NCBI GenBank assembly: GCA_028534125.1 | Contig: CM052816.1 | Span: 43,836,001-43,900,000 of the forward strand | DNA length: 64,000 nt | Source: Lama glama | Lineage: Eukaryota | Direction of reading: 5' to 3' | Part shown: piece after piece, positions 10,330 to 22,440 of the stretch | Numbering within the stretch: the first letter of the stretch is position 1 | Layout: each line of letters starts with the position of its first letter | The notes under the pieces: generated by a model | The model's input: the letters and a program-made list of their open reading frames with translations, nothing else | Told to the model about the DNA's origin: nothing | Database searches by the model: none | Position numbers and translations under genes: made by a program

Positions 10330-12310
10330 TTATTTCTGCAGCCCCAAATTGCACCTCTGTGTGAATGAAGTTTAAACTATGGACAGTCTATTCCTATCTT
10401 TCTTGATGCCTGCTAGCCATTTCCACTGGACTCCTCACAATCGCAAACTGTGTACCCCAAAATCAAGCTGTTAATCTCAAATCACATTTCATTTGTTGAC
10501 CCTAAAACATCCAGCCTTCCTGCTCTCTCAATGAGGCCAGTACTTTCCAGCTACGACCCTTCCTCTTCCACCCCTTAAAGCAGAATTCTTCAAAGAGTTG
10601 TTTGAACTTGTGGTTTCCTGGTTCTCTCCTCTTTCTCTCCTGAGTCAAATCTAATCAGTCCTTTGCCTCCACCTTTCCATGGAAGTGGCTCTTATCACCG
10701 ATAACCTCCACATTGTTAGACTCAGTACTCAAATCCCAGCTCTTACTTTACTTGAATTATCATCAGTGTTTTCTTGATGCATTTTCTTTCTTTGGTTTCT
10801 AGTGCAACACACTCTGCTGAATGGCCTGGTATTTTTCTGGGTGACCTGCTCTGTTACTGTTGCTGGCACCTCATCATCTGTCATCTAAGGTGGGACCGCC
10901 ATGTGGCTCTGGGCTTAGACTTCTCTTTTGATTTTCACTCCATACAAAGCTGTTCTTTTCCACTTTTATGGCTTCAGAGAGCATCCAAATATTGTAAACT
11001 CTGGACTTAAATCTCCATCCTGAAACCCTTCTTTGAACTCCAGACATCTCTACTTGGATGATTAATAAGCATCTTAAAACTTGGTATGTCCAAAACTGAG
11101 CTTCTGACAGTTCCTCCGTCATTCTGTGCCTCCCACTGCCTTTTCCATCTCACTACATGCATTCTTCCAGATATTCAGGCCAAACATCTCAGAGTAATCA
11201 CTGAATTTTTTTCTTTTCTCTCATAGCCCCAACTCCAATGCGTTAATAAATCCTGCTATATTTACATGCACAATCAGGACTGCCTACATAATTTGTGAGG
11301 CTTAGTGTAAAATGAAATGTGGGACCATTTATTCAATGATTATTAAGAATTTCAAGACTATGATAGCAGAGCATTAACCAAGTTGGGGTCCTGTGACACT
11401 CCTGAGAGCCTGCCTCTGAAGCCTGTTCACGATACATTGATTCTAACCACTTCTCACCTTTCCCACTTACAAGACAGCCAAGCCACCATCATTTTTTCCT
11501 GAACTATGTAAGTGGGGTCCTACCAGTTCTCCCAGCTCCTCTCTTGACCCTCTCACAGTGCTCTCCCCTGAGTAGTCAGAGACGTGTGGGAAGACCAATC
11601 GGATGCTCTCACCCCTTTGCTGGAAACCCTCCAGCGACCGCCACTTCACTCACAGTAAAACCTCCATGTTCCTTTCCCCACCCTAAGTTAGTCATCACGT
11701 CACATGTAGATCACGTCTACTACTGCCAGCCCGTGTCTCCTCCTCTGTCCCGATGTTGATCTCCCTGCACGCCTTAACAAGGCCACTCTTTATGAAACAC
11801 TGTTTTATCACCTCCCTTCATAACGCACAATCCTCATCTCATACCATTTCAAGGAAAAACTCCTCTGGCTTTCCAAGCCCTCCACAGTCTCCTCCAACTC
11901 TACAAAACAACCCCATTGCCCATTTTTTCTCTAAAAAGCTGCATTCACTTTAGTTAAGCCAGGCTGGGATGTACTGTGTGTTCACCCATAATCCTGTTAG
12001 CATCACTTCTTTTAGCAGGAATCACTTTTTTTTCCCTCTATGATCATAGTCATCCTTCAAGGCTTACTTTACTTCCTACTTCCTCCCTAAGGTTTCTCTA
12101 TCTCATTTCTCACTGATTTACCTGGAGTTCTAGCATCTGTTGAATTTAGATTTTTATGCTACTCCCTTTAACACAAAGATGTGCTCTCTGACATTGGTCA
12201 CAGGATATTTCACTTAATAAGCGCCTTTTGGGCAGGGGCCGTATCTCTTCCATTCTATCACCCATTGCAAGGCTGAGCCCAGGAGACATGCTCAACACAT
12301 GTTATATCTG
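10330..12310 (+). mobile_element. Fragmented L2 LINE array
   Basis: CTCCAGACATCTCTACTTGGATGATTAATAAGCATCTTAAAACTTGGTATGTCCAAAACTGAGC and neighbouring pyrimidine-rich blocks match L2 ORF2/3' region. Confidence 0.8.
11275..11430 (-). mobile_element. MER45A-like hAT-Tip100 DNA transposon nested in L2
   Basis: CAGGACTGCCTACATAATTTGTGAGGCTTAGTGTAAAATGAAA...TTATTAAGAATTTCAAGACTATGATAGCAGAGCATTAACCAAG is the reverse complement of the MER45A consensus. Confidence 0.8.
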
Positions 12311-12454
12311 TCGACTCGTGACATGATCTTAGTATCGCATAGCTACTGACTTATTAAACGTAACAACAGCAGGCACTAGACATTAAAGAAACCAAAGCAG
12401 ACCTCTTTGGAGTGTGCCAGAGAGAGTACACACGATACACAGAGTAGTGAGAGT

Positions 12455-12680
12455 TACCATTTACCGAGCACTTGGCAAGCATTCTAAGGGTTTTATGTGG
12501 TCCTCATAATAACCCAATGAGTTAGACATCATTATTGTTCTTGTTTTAGTTACGAGTAACCTGAAGTTCAAAGGGATTAAGGGATTTAAGGGATTAAGGA
12601 CACAAAGCTGGAAAGTGACAGAATGGGCTTCAAATACAGGTAGTTGGAGAGCTGAGCCCACCACTGAGCTGAACTGCCTC
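12455..12680 (-). mobile_element. MIR SINE
   Basis: CATTTACCGAGCACTT...TCCTCATAATAACCCAATGAG...AAGGACACAAAGCTGGAAAGTGACAGAATGGGCTTCAAATACAGG. Confidence 0.8.
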
Positions 12681-14494
12681 TCATAAGTCTGTTTACTGTG
12701 AAATTGTAAGGCCCTGGATCACCATGCTCATTTCAATACAAAGTTTGCAATATACTTTGCTAAGATACAAACCATATTTTCTGTATCGGAGAAATTTGGA
12801 GGCGTTGTACTTTCTTTTGTCAAATAATCAGAGAAAAATAGCCAAATATGCACCCATTTTCTCAATCATGCCCACTTTATAAATAGCTCTTGGCATCCCA
12901 GGAGCTCACAGTGGGAATGCACGGTGCTACCTTCCCGTCATTGCGCTGCCGGGGCAAGAATATCGAGGCTCTGCCTGTCTTTACAAATTAGTCTCAGAAA
13001 GATTCGTTTTCAATAGTGGAGTTTAAAAACATTCTCAATTACATTTGCTACAGTTTATTTAAAGCCTTTTTTTTTTCCTAGCCTTTCTGAGTCGCAGCTT
13101 AATTTTTCACTGTCTCATTTTAATTTCTCTTTCTTTCTAGATTTCCTCCTCTCATTCATTATTCTTTGTCTCTGTTTCTGGCTTTTCTTCCTGCAGCTGG
13201 GCTCTGGTTAGAAGGGGTGGACGCAGCTGCCCAGCCATTTTTTTTGCATTCTTCACTGATAGGATTTTCTTGAGGTAAAACATCATTTAAGAAGTATTAC
13301 TCAACAATTAAATGTTTTCTGTCCTCCTCAAATTCTGTGTCTGAAAGTTTGCCAATAAGGCCCTTTGCAGTTGTTTGCGTTGGTTTCAGTCCCTTCCCGT
13401 TATGTCCTGTTTTATTTATTCTGTGCTGCTGCGCCTTTTATGTTAGATTTTGTGAAAATTCTAATTTCCTCTTTCTGTCTAATCTCAACCACTGACTTGG
13501 GTCCACTTGTTTTCTTGGGGTCGGGGGTTCATTGGTGAGTTCTTGCCAGAAGTTTTGACTGCTTTTTAGACTAAATGTTTCATCAGTTTGAAGGGGCGGT
13601 TTTCACAGGGTTCAGGGGGAGTTTTGGAGGCAGGAGTTAGACTCTTGCTAAGCCTTTGAGGAGTCTAACTTGTCCACCATGCTCTTGGCTTGAGGCAGTG
13701 ATGATTTATACTGATATCACTCCTTAAGGACACAAAGTTATGCCCACAAGACAGAGATTTGGGGTAAAGCCTTAGACTATCTGGTTTGAGTGTTATTTCT
13801 AAACAGAAGTATCTTTTAATCTTTCAACAGTTAATCCTAGACTCTTTCAGAGTAGCACTCTAGCTGAGTTTTCAGTGGAACCATTAAACATCCAGTTCTT
13901 TTGAATTAAATAACCCTTATTCATTATGCCTAGTTTATCTTCAGATAAATAGGGATGTCTCAGGGTACCTGAATCAAATGCTGCTATTTAGCATTTACAG
14001 AAGGAAAAGGGGGGAAGTGGATTCAGGGATGATAATAATATATTTAACAACCACGAATACCAATGGTTGGTATGGAAGCCAGCCTAGAGAAGGAGCTGGG
14101 TCTGGGGACTCCTGTCATGCTAGCTAGTAATTACACCTCGGCTGCCGAATTATTGGGAGGTTGTGGTCCCGGCAAAGGGCACCAGGGGGTGCATGTGAGG
14201 GACTAGAGCTAGTGTGGAATTATCTCAATACTTTAATAAATAGCTACATGCTGGTCTTGGGTGAGAGTGTGCTTACAGCTGATTCATTTTCATTCAGATA
14301 CAGTCATCCCTTTCCAATTTATACCAAGTGACAGGTGGACCCGTAGAGAGAAGTGGGATGGCATATGATTTTCATGGTGATTGCTAGCGAGATGTGTCCT
14401 GGTCAAGTTTAGATCTTTTAAAATTGAGGTTCTCAACTCTAGGTGAGTCAAAGCCTACCTTTGTTTACAGGAGAAAGTCTTTTTATATTGCAAA

Positions 14495-14650
14495 ATGCAC
14501 TAGAACTTGGGATTGAGTTTTGGTTGTATCAATTATTAGTGTATTTTGGGGAAAATCACTTAATTTTTTCACACTTCTTCCTTTATGGGTAAAAAGAAGG
14601 GAGTTGAATAAGATGAGCTCCAAGTTTCCTTTAAGATTGAACATTTTTAA
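14495..14650 (+). mobile_element. MIR3/MIRc-like SINE
   Basis: TTGGGGAAAATCACTTAA...GTAAAAAGAAGGGAGTTGAATAAGATGAGCTCCAAGTTTCCTT. Confidence 0.65.
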
Positions 14651-15459
14651 ATTTTATTTAAATACTAACAAGAAAGCTGCTTTTGCCTGGCATTTAATAG
14701 AGGATTGACGACAAATCAACTCATCTTTTAGGACATGGAGGAAAAGACACAGTGTGACCAACTTCTGGGGTTGTAAACCACCCCCAAACAATCACTTACT
14801 CTTGTCTGTCCACAGGTTTCCAGCGCTCTGTTTAAAAAGACTATCTAACTGAAATCTTTTCTTGTCCTTTGATTGAATACAAAAGCATACAATGACTATA
14901 AAATAAATGGCTTTTTCTTGATATATTGAACATTTAATCATATTCTGAAACATCACTACAGCCTTTCAGGGCTGAGGGTACAAAATTCTTCTCTCTGCCT
15001 GATACGGAAGGCATAATTTTTAATGTTTCAATTAAAAAAGGGTTGCAATTTGTGAATTGGTTGAGATGGCATTTGTCATTTTTGGAACTATGCAGAATGA
15101 ACTGTTTTTTACATTAATGGCACCTATGTAGTAACTCAGAACTATGAACACGTTGGGTAAATGAGCCTTAACTCAAGTAAAAGGAAGAAACAAAGATGAT
15201 TTCTTCTTCAACCTTAAAAACTGCACAAAATTAGCCTGGATCACACACTAGGTCCAGATTAGCCTTGGGTGTGTCCACAGGTCTCCGAGGCACAAAAGCG
15301 GAATTGTCCAGGTCGTGTAGCGTACGTCCACACTGATGCCCTGTTCTGCAGACAGCAGCTTTCATCCCTAGTGACTACCTTTTGATAATGCTTTTATTTA
15401 GAAGCTAAATCATGATCTTTCATACAAAACTAAATATACTCCCCTCAGAGTGAAGACTC

Positions 15460-15730
15460 CTGTTTCGCCTGCTCTAGGTACAGTATCAGTTATGTGCAGG
15501 TCATCTGTGAGAGGAACGCCTCTAGGGAGGGAAACAGCCGTAAGACAGCGAAAGCCTTGTTGAAGGTTAGGGTTCAATGTGTTTTGACTGACTTTAGGTG
15601 TGATCCCTGTTGGTTCCAGTTTCACTGGAGTGTGTCTGTTTATGAAAGACTGTACAACTCAGCAAAGAGTGAAACTGAGGACCAGAACTAGGAACCAGGG
15701 AGGGGAATTACAAGAGGAAATATTCAGCTG
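15460..15730 (+). mobile_element. L3/CR1 LINE 3' fragment
   Basis: GAGGACCAGAACTAGGAACCAGGGAGGGGAATTACAAGAGGAAATATTCAGCT resembles the CR1/L3 ORF2 end. Confidence 0.55.
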
Positions 15731-16504
15731 GATGATTTGGTCATTTACTCACCCATCCATCATTAAAGAAATATTCAGGGCTTAATGTTTTCTAGATAAT
15801 GTGTTAATTTTTGTGATATGAAAGTCAAGGAAGACCTCGATCGCAAGAAACTCATCTTTTGGGGTACATCAAAGATATAAATTACAGTATACTCAGGTTT
15901 GTGGACCTAGAAACGTAACTAGAAAGTACAGTGGTGATAACAGTGGGGGAAAAAAAAACTTCAGTCTTGCCTATATCACACTATCATCTTAGCAATTTAT
16001 ATTTAATCTTTATGATAACAGGTGTAAGGGAAGTATTACAGTTACCATCCTCACTTTACAGATTGGAAACTGAAGTACAGGATGTCACTTGTCAAGTCGC
16101 TTAGTGATTCTGAGTCCACTGGGACGGAACCACTTCTCCGAGGGGAGACTTCTTCTCAAAGAAGAGACTGACCAACTCTTGAGGACAGTTATAAAGGACC
16201 TTGAATGTATGGCAGCTAGTGAGCCAAGTATGCTCTTAGAAAATCATGCCCTAGAGAAGGATGGTTCTGTCCGGAACACCTAGACTATTTTATCCAGAAT
16301 ATGGATTACTGACACTGCTGAACAGAGATGCGCTGGGTATGAGTCTTGACATCACATTTCTCTTCCCAGCTACATGTATGTGACAATGAGTCATTGATTT
16401 CTAAAGTCTGTTTATTGAGAAAAGTTTACCAGCTGACAAATTCCCCCTCTTGCCCTTCTTAATCAATACTGGGTTCGTGTCTCCAAATACTAATCTGGTG
16501 ACTA

Positions 16505-16796
16505 TCTATTGAGAGAGAGATTTATTTATTATGAAGAATTGGCTTACGTGATAAAGGTGGCTGAGAAGTCCCACAGTCTGCCATCTGCAAGCTGGAGACC
16601 CAGGGAGCCAGGGGTAGAGTTCCAGCCCGAGTCTGAAGGCCTGAGAGCTGGAGCGCGGATGGTGTAAGTCCCAGTCTAAAAGCAGGAGAGGACCAATGTT
16701 CCAGCTCAATAGTCAGGCAGAGGAAGCAAATTCTCCCTTCCTCTTCTTGTTCTATTCAGGCCCTCAAGAGATAGGCTGATACCCACCCACATTAAG
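16505..16796 (-). mobile_element. MLT2 (ERVL) LTR, partial
   Basis: GATTTATTATGAAGAATTGGCTTACGTGAT...GCTGAGAAGTCCCACAGTCTGCCATCTGCAAGCTGGAGACCCAGG...TGTTCTATTCAGGCCCTCAA...CCCACCCACATT is characteristic of MLT2. Confidence 0.9.
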
Positions 16797-17009
16797 TACC
16801 AACGCGTGACGTGTCTGATGAGCGTCAAGTATCTGGGGCCCAAAGAGGGAAAGGCCCATTGCTGCTGGCCGGTGTCCAGATACTTTAGCAGACGGACCAT
16901 AGATAGCTATCGGATGGTTCCCATCGCTCCATGTTGGTTTGCTGGCTCCAAGGAGTGCTAGTTAAACCTGTCCTGCCAGTCAGTCAAGAGAAAAAACATG
17001 AAGGAAAAT

Positions 17010-17640
17010 AGTCATTCATCTGGTATATGTGAAAAAGATTTTTTTATAAGGTTTAAGATATTACACGATCTATTTTCCACCTCAAGTAATTAGAGAGATT
17101 ATACTCAATTTTGCTGAGAATGCAGGGAAATGAATTCACTTATCACAGTTGTAGGATTGTAAATTGGCACAATCTTTTGGGAGAAAAATATGCATATAAG
17201 AACAGCTGTTATAGACACTTTATTGTAAAGAAAAGAATTGGAAAAATTTACCTGGTCATAGGGGATTGGCCAGGTAAGTTATATCTAAACAATGGGATAC
17301 TATGTAGCCATTTAAATATCACATTGTGAATGATTATTTATTGAAATAGGAAAAAGTTGAGACCATATTTAGTATTGAGTGAAAAAACAGACTAAAACAT
17401 TAGTATATTAGTAGTAGTATGTATCAAGTAATATGTTCAATATACAGTTTTTATAAAGAAAGGTCAGTATGTATATAACACAAAAATATATATATTTAAA
17501 ATTATGTGTGTATGTAAGACACATTCTAGAAGCATATAAACTAATATTTTACTAGTGATGGAATTAGTATTTCTCAAAAGTTTCTTTTCTACATTTAGCA
17601 TGAATTGTGTCATTAGGAAAAAATAATTATTACAAAGATT
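17010..17640 (+). mobile_element. Old L1 (L1ME/MC) 3' region
   Basis: TTGCTGAGAATGCAGGGAAATG...TTGTAAATTGGCACAATCTTTTGG...AATGGGATACTATGTAGCCATTTAAA. Confidence 0.7.
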
Positions 17641-17934
17641 AGGTAGAGAGAAAGAAATCCAGATACAATAATTTCTCCCTCATTAAACTGCTTTTTAATT
17701 ATTATTTTGAATAAACCTGGTCCTTCCCCTCCATATCTGAGCTACACTTTGCCCACACCACTTACCTGTTCTTGGGCTAATGTCCTTTCTTAGGTCTTTA
17801 ATAAGGATTATTATGTGTTTTTCACTTGTTTTAACTAGTCTACATTATTATCATTTTTACTTATGAGGAAAGAGCACATAATTAAGAAGGGGCAGTGCTT
17901 TGGTGTCTGCATTAGTTTCATGACAGTATACTTG

Positions 17935-18250
17935 AGATCCAGTAATGCCTTATTTGGCGTGACTCAGGCTGAGGCTGGACCCTAGGTGTTGGGCTTAATT
18001 TCCTCTAACATTTAAAAAGCAAGAGATTTTTCACATAAAAAGTCAGGTATGGGGGTCTTCTTGAAAAGCGAGTAGCTCTCACAATACAGAATCTGAGTTC
18101 CTCCCAGACAGTGATGGGCTGGAGACGAGTGGCCACTGTCCCTTGACAGTGGCACCCATGGCCCAGCTTGCCCTGGTTCCCACCGCTCCACGCTTCATTC
18201 TTGGCTCAAATTCTTTGCCTAAATTTATAGGCATTTCAGTTTGCTACCCA
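17935..18250 (-). mobile_element. MER102-like hAT-Charlie element
   Basis: AACATTTAAAAAGCAAGAGATTTTTCACATAAAAAGTCAG...GGGCTGGAGACGAGTGGCCACTGTCCC...ATAGGCATTTCAGTTTGCTACCC is the reverse complement of MER102. Confidence 0.75.
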
Positions 18251-21200
18251 TCTTTGAATCATCCCTATTCTCATCATATTTAAGGATAAGGATGAAAGAA
18301 TTGAGAAATGAATATTCTCTTTACTATCTTAAGTGACATCATCTAGATGACAATTGATCCTATAATTTCAAGTAATTTCCTTATTTCCCCAAAAAAGATG
18401 AGGGGGGAGAGAGAGAGAAACTACATTAAAAAGGCATTTGTCAGAGGAATGTATGAAATGTCAAGAAAACCAGTATTTGTAAGATTCTGTTTTTTTCTGG
18501 TTTACAAACTCTATCAGTGCCCATGCAAAGTTACTTTACTTGTATTTGAAGAGCTCAATATTTATTCATTCTGTGCTTTAAAAGTAAATGGTTGAGCCTT
18601 TTTTCCCAACTGCCTTTGTGTATAGGTGCAGAAAAGTAATGAAATATTAAAAGGAAACTAGCTTTGCAAATGTATTGAAATGAAAAACACAAAAGCAGAT
18701 TAGCTGGGACTACTCCAAGGGGGCAATAATACTCCAGTCTGTTAGGACACTGAGGCATCAACCAATATGCAATTAAAAAAATCAAACCTGTGAGGAGGCA
18801 GTGCAGGAGAATAAAAGCCTATTAAAGCACTCCTTAGAGTTGAGGCTCTTGCCAGCAGAGCCATCTGTCAAGAGATGATGGAAAAGAAAATTTCTGCAGG
18901 AATCTTCCCTTGGGACTAAACGAAGTGCCAAGAAAAGGTGTGTGGCATCAGGAGTGAGGACAAACTCGGGAGTCTTCCGTGGTGCTTATCACAGACAGAG
19001 AGGGAACCGTCAACCCACCGGGTCTCAGACTTTCCTCTCCTCTCCTCTCCTCTCTTCTCTATGTTGCTTTTGGCCAGAGAACCTAGGTCATATTAAAAAG
19101 AGTTCATGAAAACCAGTCTCTTTTAAGGTAAGTTAAACTTTGCTGCACTGAATTCTTAACATTTTCTATAATTCAAAGACAATGAAGTAGTATGTTGAAC
19201 ATTGCATACTAAGGGTTCTCATACAAAAATGAATGGGGAGTTTGAGTCAAATTGCAAGAGGGGATCAAAAATACTTTGGCAAAAATGAAAATGTCTTTTT
19301 TTGGTGGGGGGAGTGGGGACTTGAATCTTTGGAGTTTGTGAAAATACCCAAGACATTTACTTATGTGAAATGTGGTTCTAAGAGGCTGTTTTCACTTATT
19401 TCGTCCAAGTAAATACTGGGTAAAAAGTAATCAAGATGGACTCATGAGGATTTGCCTCTAGAGAATTCAGTTCATGCCATGCTGTGAAATAATTAAAAAC
19501 CATACAACCATGAAAGGTACAAGAGTTAATAATAGGGACAAATATTTCATAAAGTTCCTGGAATCATGTCAGGAAAAGATACTTTAATTTTTAAGATTCT
19601 AAGTAGATCTTAGTTCATTCCCTGACCTATGTGCTTACATAGCACTATTTGGTGTTTTAAGCAATTTTTCCCCATTTTCTTTGTGATTGATTTTTCTTTT
19701 TCTTAAGAAAATATGTTGATTATAAGATTGGAATAAAAACATCACAGATTTATGAGCTAGATAAGCTCATAAAGATAAGATAAACACAAGATGAACATTA
19801 GGCATTTTTTTTAGGCATCAATTTTTTTGTAAAGTCAGATAGAGTTGTCTCTTTAAATGACAAGCAAAGAAACATGTAGGAAGGTAGGTCTCATGCTAAT
19901 TTAGCAAATGTTTTAAAACCTATAATACTGATTAAGAAATTGTTATTCAGAAATTAGGACTGAACAGTTTAATTCAGTTTTATCTTGATTGAAATAGAGA
20001 CGTTTTGTTTTAACACATTGGTTACTTGAAAAAATGGACATGAGAAGACATAAATACAAATTCTTAACAGTAGTAAGAAATAATCTTATCTTCTGGGAAA
20101 GAATGCAAAGTCCAATAAAACAGTGCTAATTCTGAGGGATCTCAGTGATCCAGTGTTCATGCTGGCCCTGTGCCTGCAGCAGATTATTGTGTCCGTAATT
20201 GGAGAGAAATTATCTTGTGAATTTCAGTCAAGTTATCCTATGAATTCAATTAGAGTGGACAATTAATTTTAATAACCCAAGCTTTTGAATCTTCCCTTCT
20301 CTCTTACTGAAGAACAGCTTTGCCTGAATTATCAGGATATTGTTTACATTCTTTTGATCTCATTGTTTCATTCATTCTTCCATTCACTTGTTCATCTAAC
20401 CATTTAGTGAGTGATGTTCAGGTGGAGGGCGTGATCCGGCTGGGCATAAAAAAAAAATGGATGGACGTGGTCCCTGCTCTCAAAGGGCTTACAGTCCATC
20501 ACATGGCATTTAACTCTCCCTTCATCTTCAAAATAATTTGAAAACAAAACTTAGATATTATTTCAACATCATGAATTTGAAGTTTACAAAGGTTAAGTAG
20601 TAGCAATTGGAAATATGTGTTAATAATAAAATTCAAGACTTTCAGTACATTGACTTTCACTTGTAGTTCAGGATTTAAATTTTTTTTAAATGGGTAAGGA
20701 CTGAAATGAGCTCCTGTTGGATTTTTATTAAATATAGTTTGTGGTTCTTTCGAAAATATGGAACAGGTTAATTTTATATGTGGAAAAAGCAAAAATTCCT
20801 GTGCAATAAAAGGGAGGCAAATCCTACTGAGAGACTTACAAATACTGTATCTTGTCTGTGGTCAGCGTCCTACTTCTGCATATATGAATACATCTCTGTA
20901 TATTAATCTATTTGAAATTGGAAATGAGATTCTTACTTGCTATATCCATTGTTGTTCCTAAGACTGACTTGGGGTATACACACTGCAGACATTTTTAGCT
21001 GTATTACAATTGTTGGCCCTGAACAAGAGTGATATTTCAGTTTCTGAGTTATGGAGATCCTCTCTGGGATCTTTGCCAGAAATAATGAAGTTTTTGCTTG
21101 GATAAGTGAGTCTGGAAACTGTCACCTCAAATAAAATGCATTTATAGTAGAGTGCTATCGCCATATCTTTTGAAAATAATGAAATACTAAGTTCAATAGT

Positions 21201-21639
21201 CAATATTTTGATAATGTAACACATGTGCAATAAAACGGATGTAACCTTCTTTTCATAGAGAATGAGTTAGTCAAAAGGGAACAAGTTGGAATCATAAAAC
21301 CATACAACAGTTAGAACAATATCTGAAGCATTAAAATAATAGTTCAGAGGCCTAAAAGCAAAGAGCAATTGATTGCTTTTGACTTTATTTTTTCATATAA
21401 ACTCTATAGTAGGTTTCTAGTTAAGAGATGTTTTTAACCTCATTTATTGGTCATAAAACATGTTCTTACACTATATATATATGTGAATATTTGTCCCCTT
21501 GGGTCTTTGAGCACACAGGGGTGAAGGACTCATCATTTTGGAGGCTGCCTGATTACTGAGTCTCCCCCCTGCCTCAGTAACACCCGATGGCTTTATACCT
21601 AGACAGCGGTAGGTCAACTTCTGCTCAGATTCAGTAAAC

Positions 21640-21880
21640 CAGGTGAAGCAGCGTGGAGCTATGGATAAGCATGACTGTCCTAATATCAAACCTCCTGGGT
21701 TTCAGTCTTGACTTTTCTGATTACTACTCTGAGGGCAAGTCTCTTACCTACTTTTCCCGGCTGTAAAATGGGCATAGCCATGGCGCTAGTACTATTGTGT
21801 TAAGTGAGCTAATGTCTGTATGTTTGTACAGTGCATACCGCACTGTAAACGCCCACCAATATTAGCCATGGTGATGAGAG
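21640..21880 (+). mobile_element. MIR SINE
   Basis: GCAGCGTGGAGCTATGGATAAGCATG...CCTGGGTTTCAGTCTTGACT...GGGCAAGTCTCTTACC...CTGTAAAATGGG. Confidence 0.7.
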
Positions 21881-21889
21881 TCTGAAGAA

Positions 21890-22440
21890 ATTCAGACCTT
21901 CCCAGTGCCTTGTTTGAATACTTGCATTAGCCTCTGTGTCCACTTTGGGGTGTCTTTCTTGGATCCCGTGCAAGTTGCCAGATAGCTTTCTAGAAAGTAC
22001 AAATCTGATGTTGTTACTTTCCCAAAGTGGCTCTCCATCACCTTTGGCTAAAGACCCACACTCCTTGTATGGACCGTGAGGCTCCTCTCTCACCCTCTGT
22101 GCAGTTTCTCACACCTCTGAGTCTTGGCATATATCCCTCCACCTGGAATGCTTACTTCTCTTCTCTACCCAGCTCATTTGAACTTCACCTTCAACACTCA
22201 TCTCAAGCTGTCAGGAAGACTTTTCAGACCCCACCTTCCCCCACCCCCTCCATACTCAGGACTATGCAGGGGTCGAACGAGGCTCTAATTTTCTAGTCTG
22301 TCAGCTTGTCATTTCCTTCAAAAGACTGTGAACTATTTGAAAACAGGAGCTGTATCTTTTTTTTCTCCCATTCACCCAGAATTTAGTGCAATCTCTGCCA
22401 CATAGAAGATGTATAATGAATGCTAATAGTTTGAATGAAT
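21890..22440 (+). mobile_element. L2 3' region
   Basis: CTTTCTAGAAAGTACAAATCTGAT...CCCTCCACCTGGAATGCTT...AGACTGTGAACTATTTGAAAACAGG...GTTTGAATGAATG terminal repeat. Confidence 0.75.

Noticed and set aside
12572..12599. AAGGGATT(T)AAGGG triplication, superficially telomere-like
   Set aside because: A slippage micro-duplication inside a MIR, not TTAGGG.
16815..16857. CTGATGA...GAAA hammerhead ribozyme or C/D snoRNA motif
   Set aside because: I could not form stem II between CTGATGA and GAAA or a matching stem III with a UH site, and there is no downstream box D CTGA with a terminal stem.
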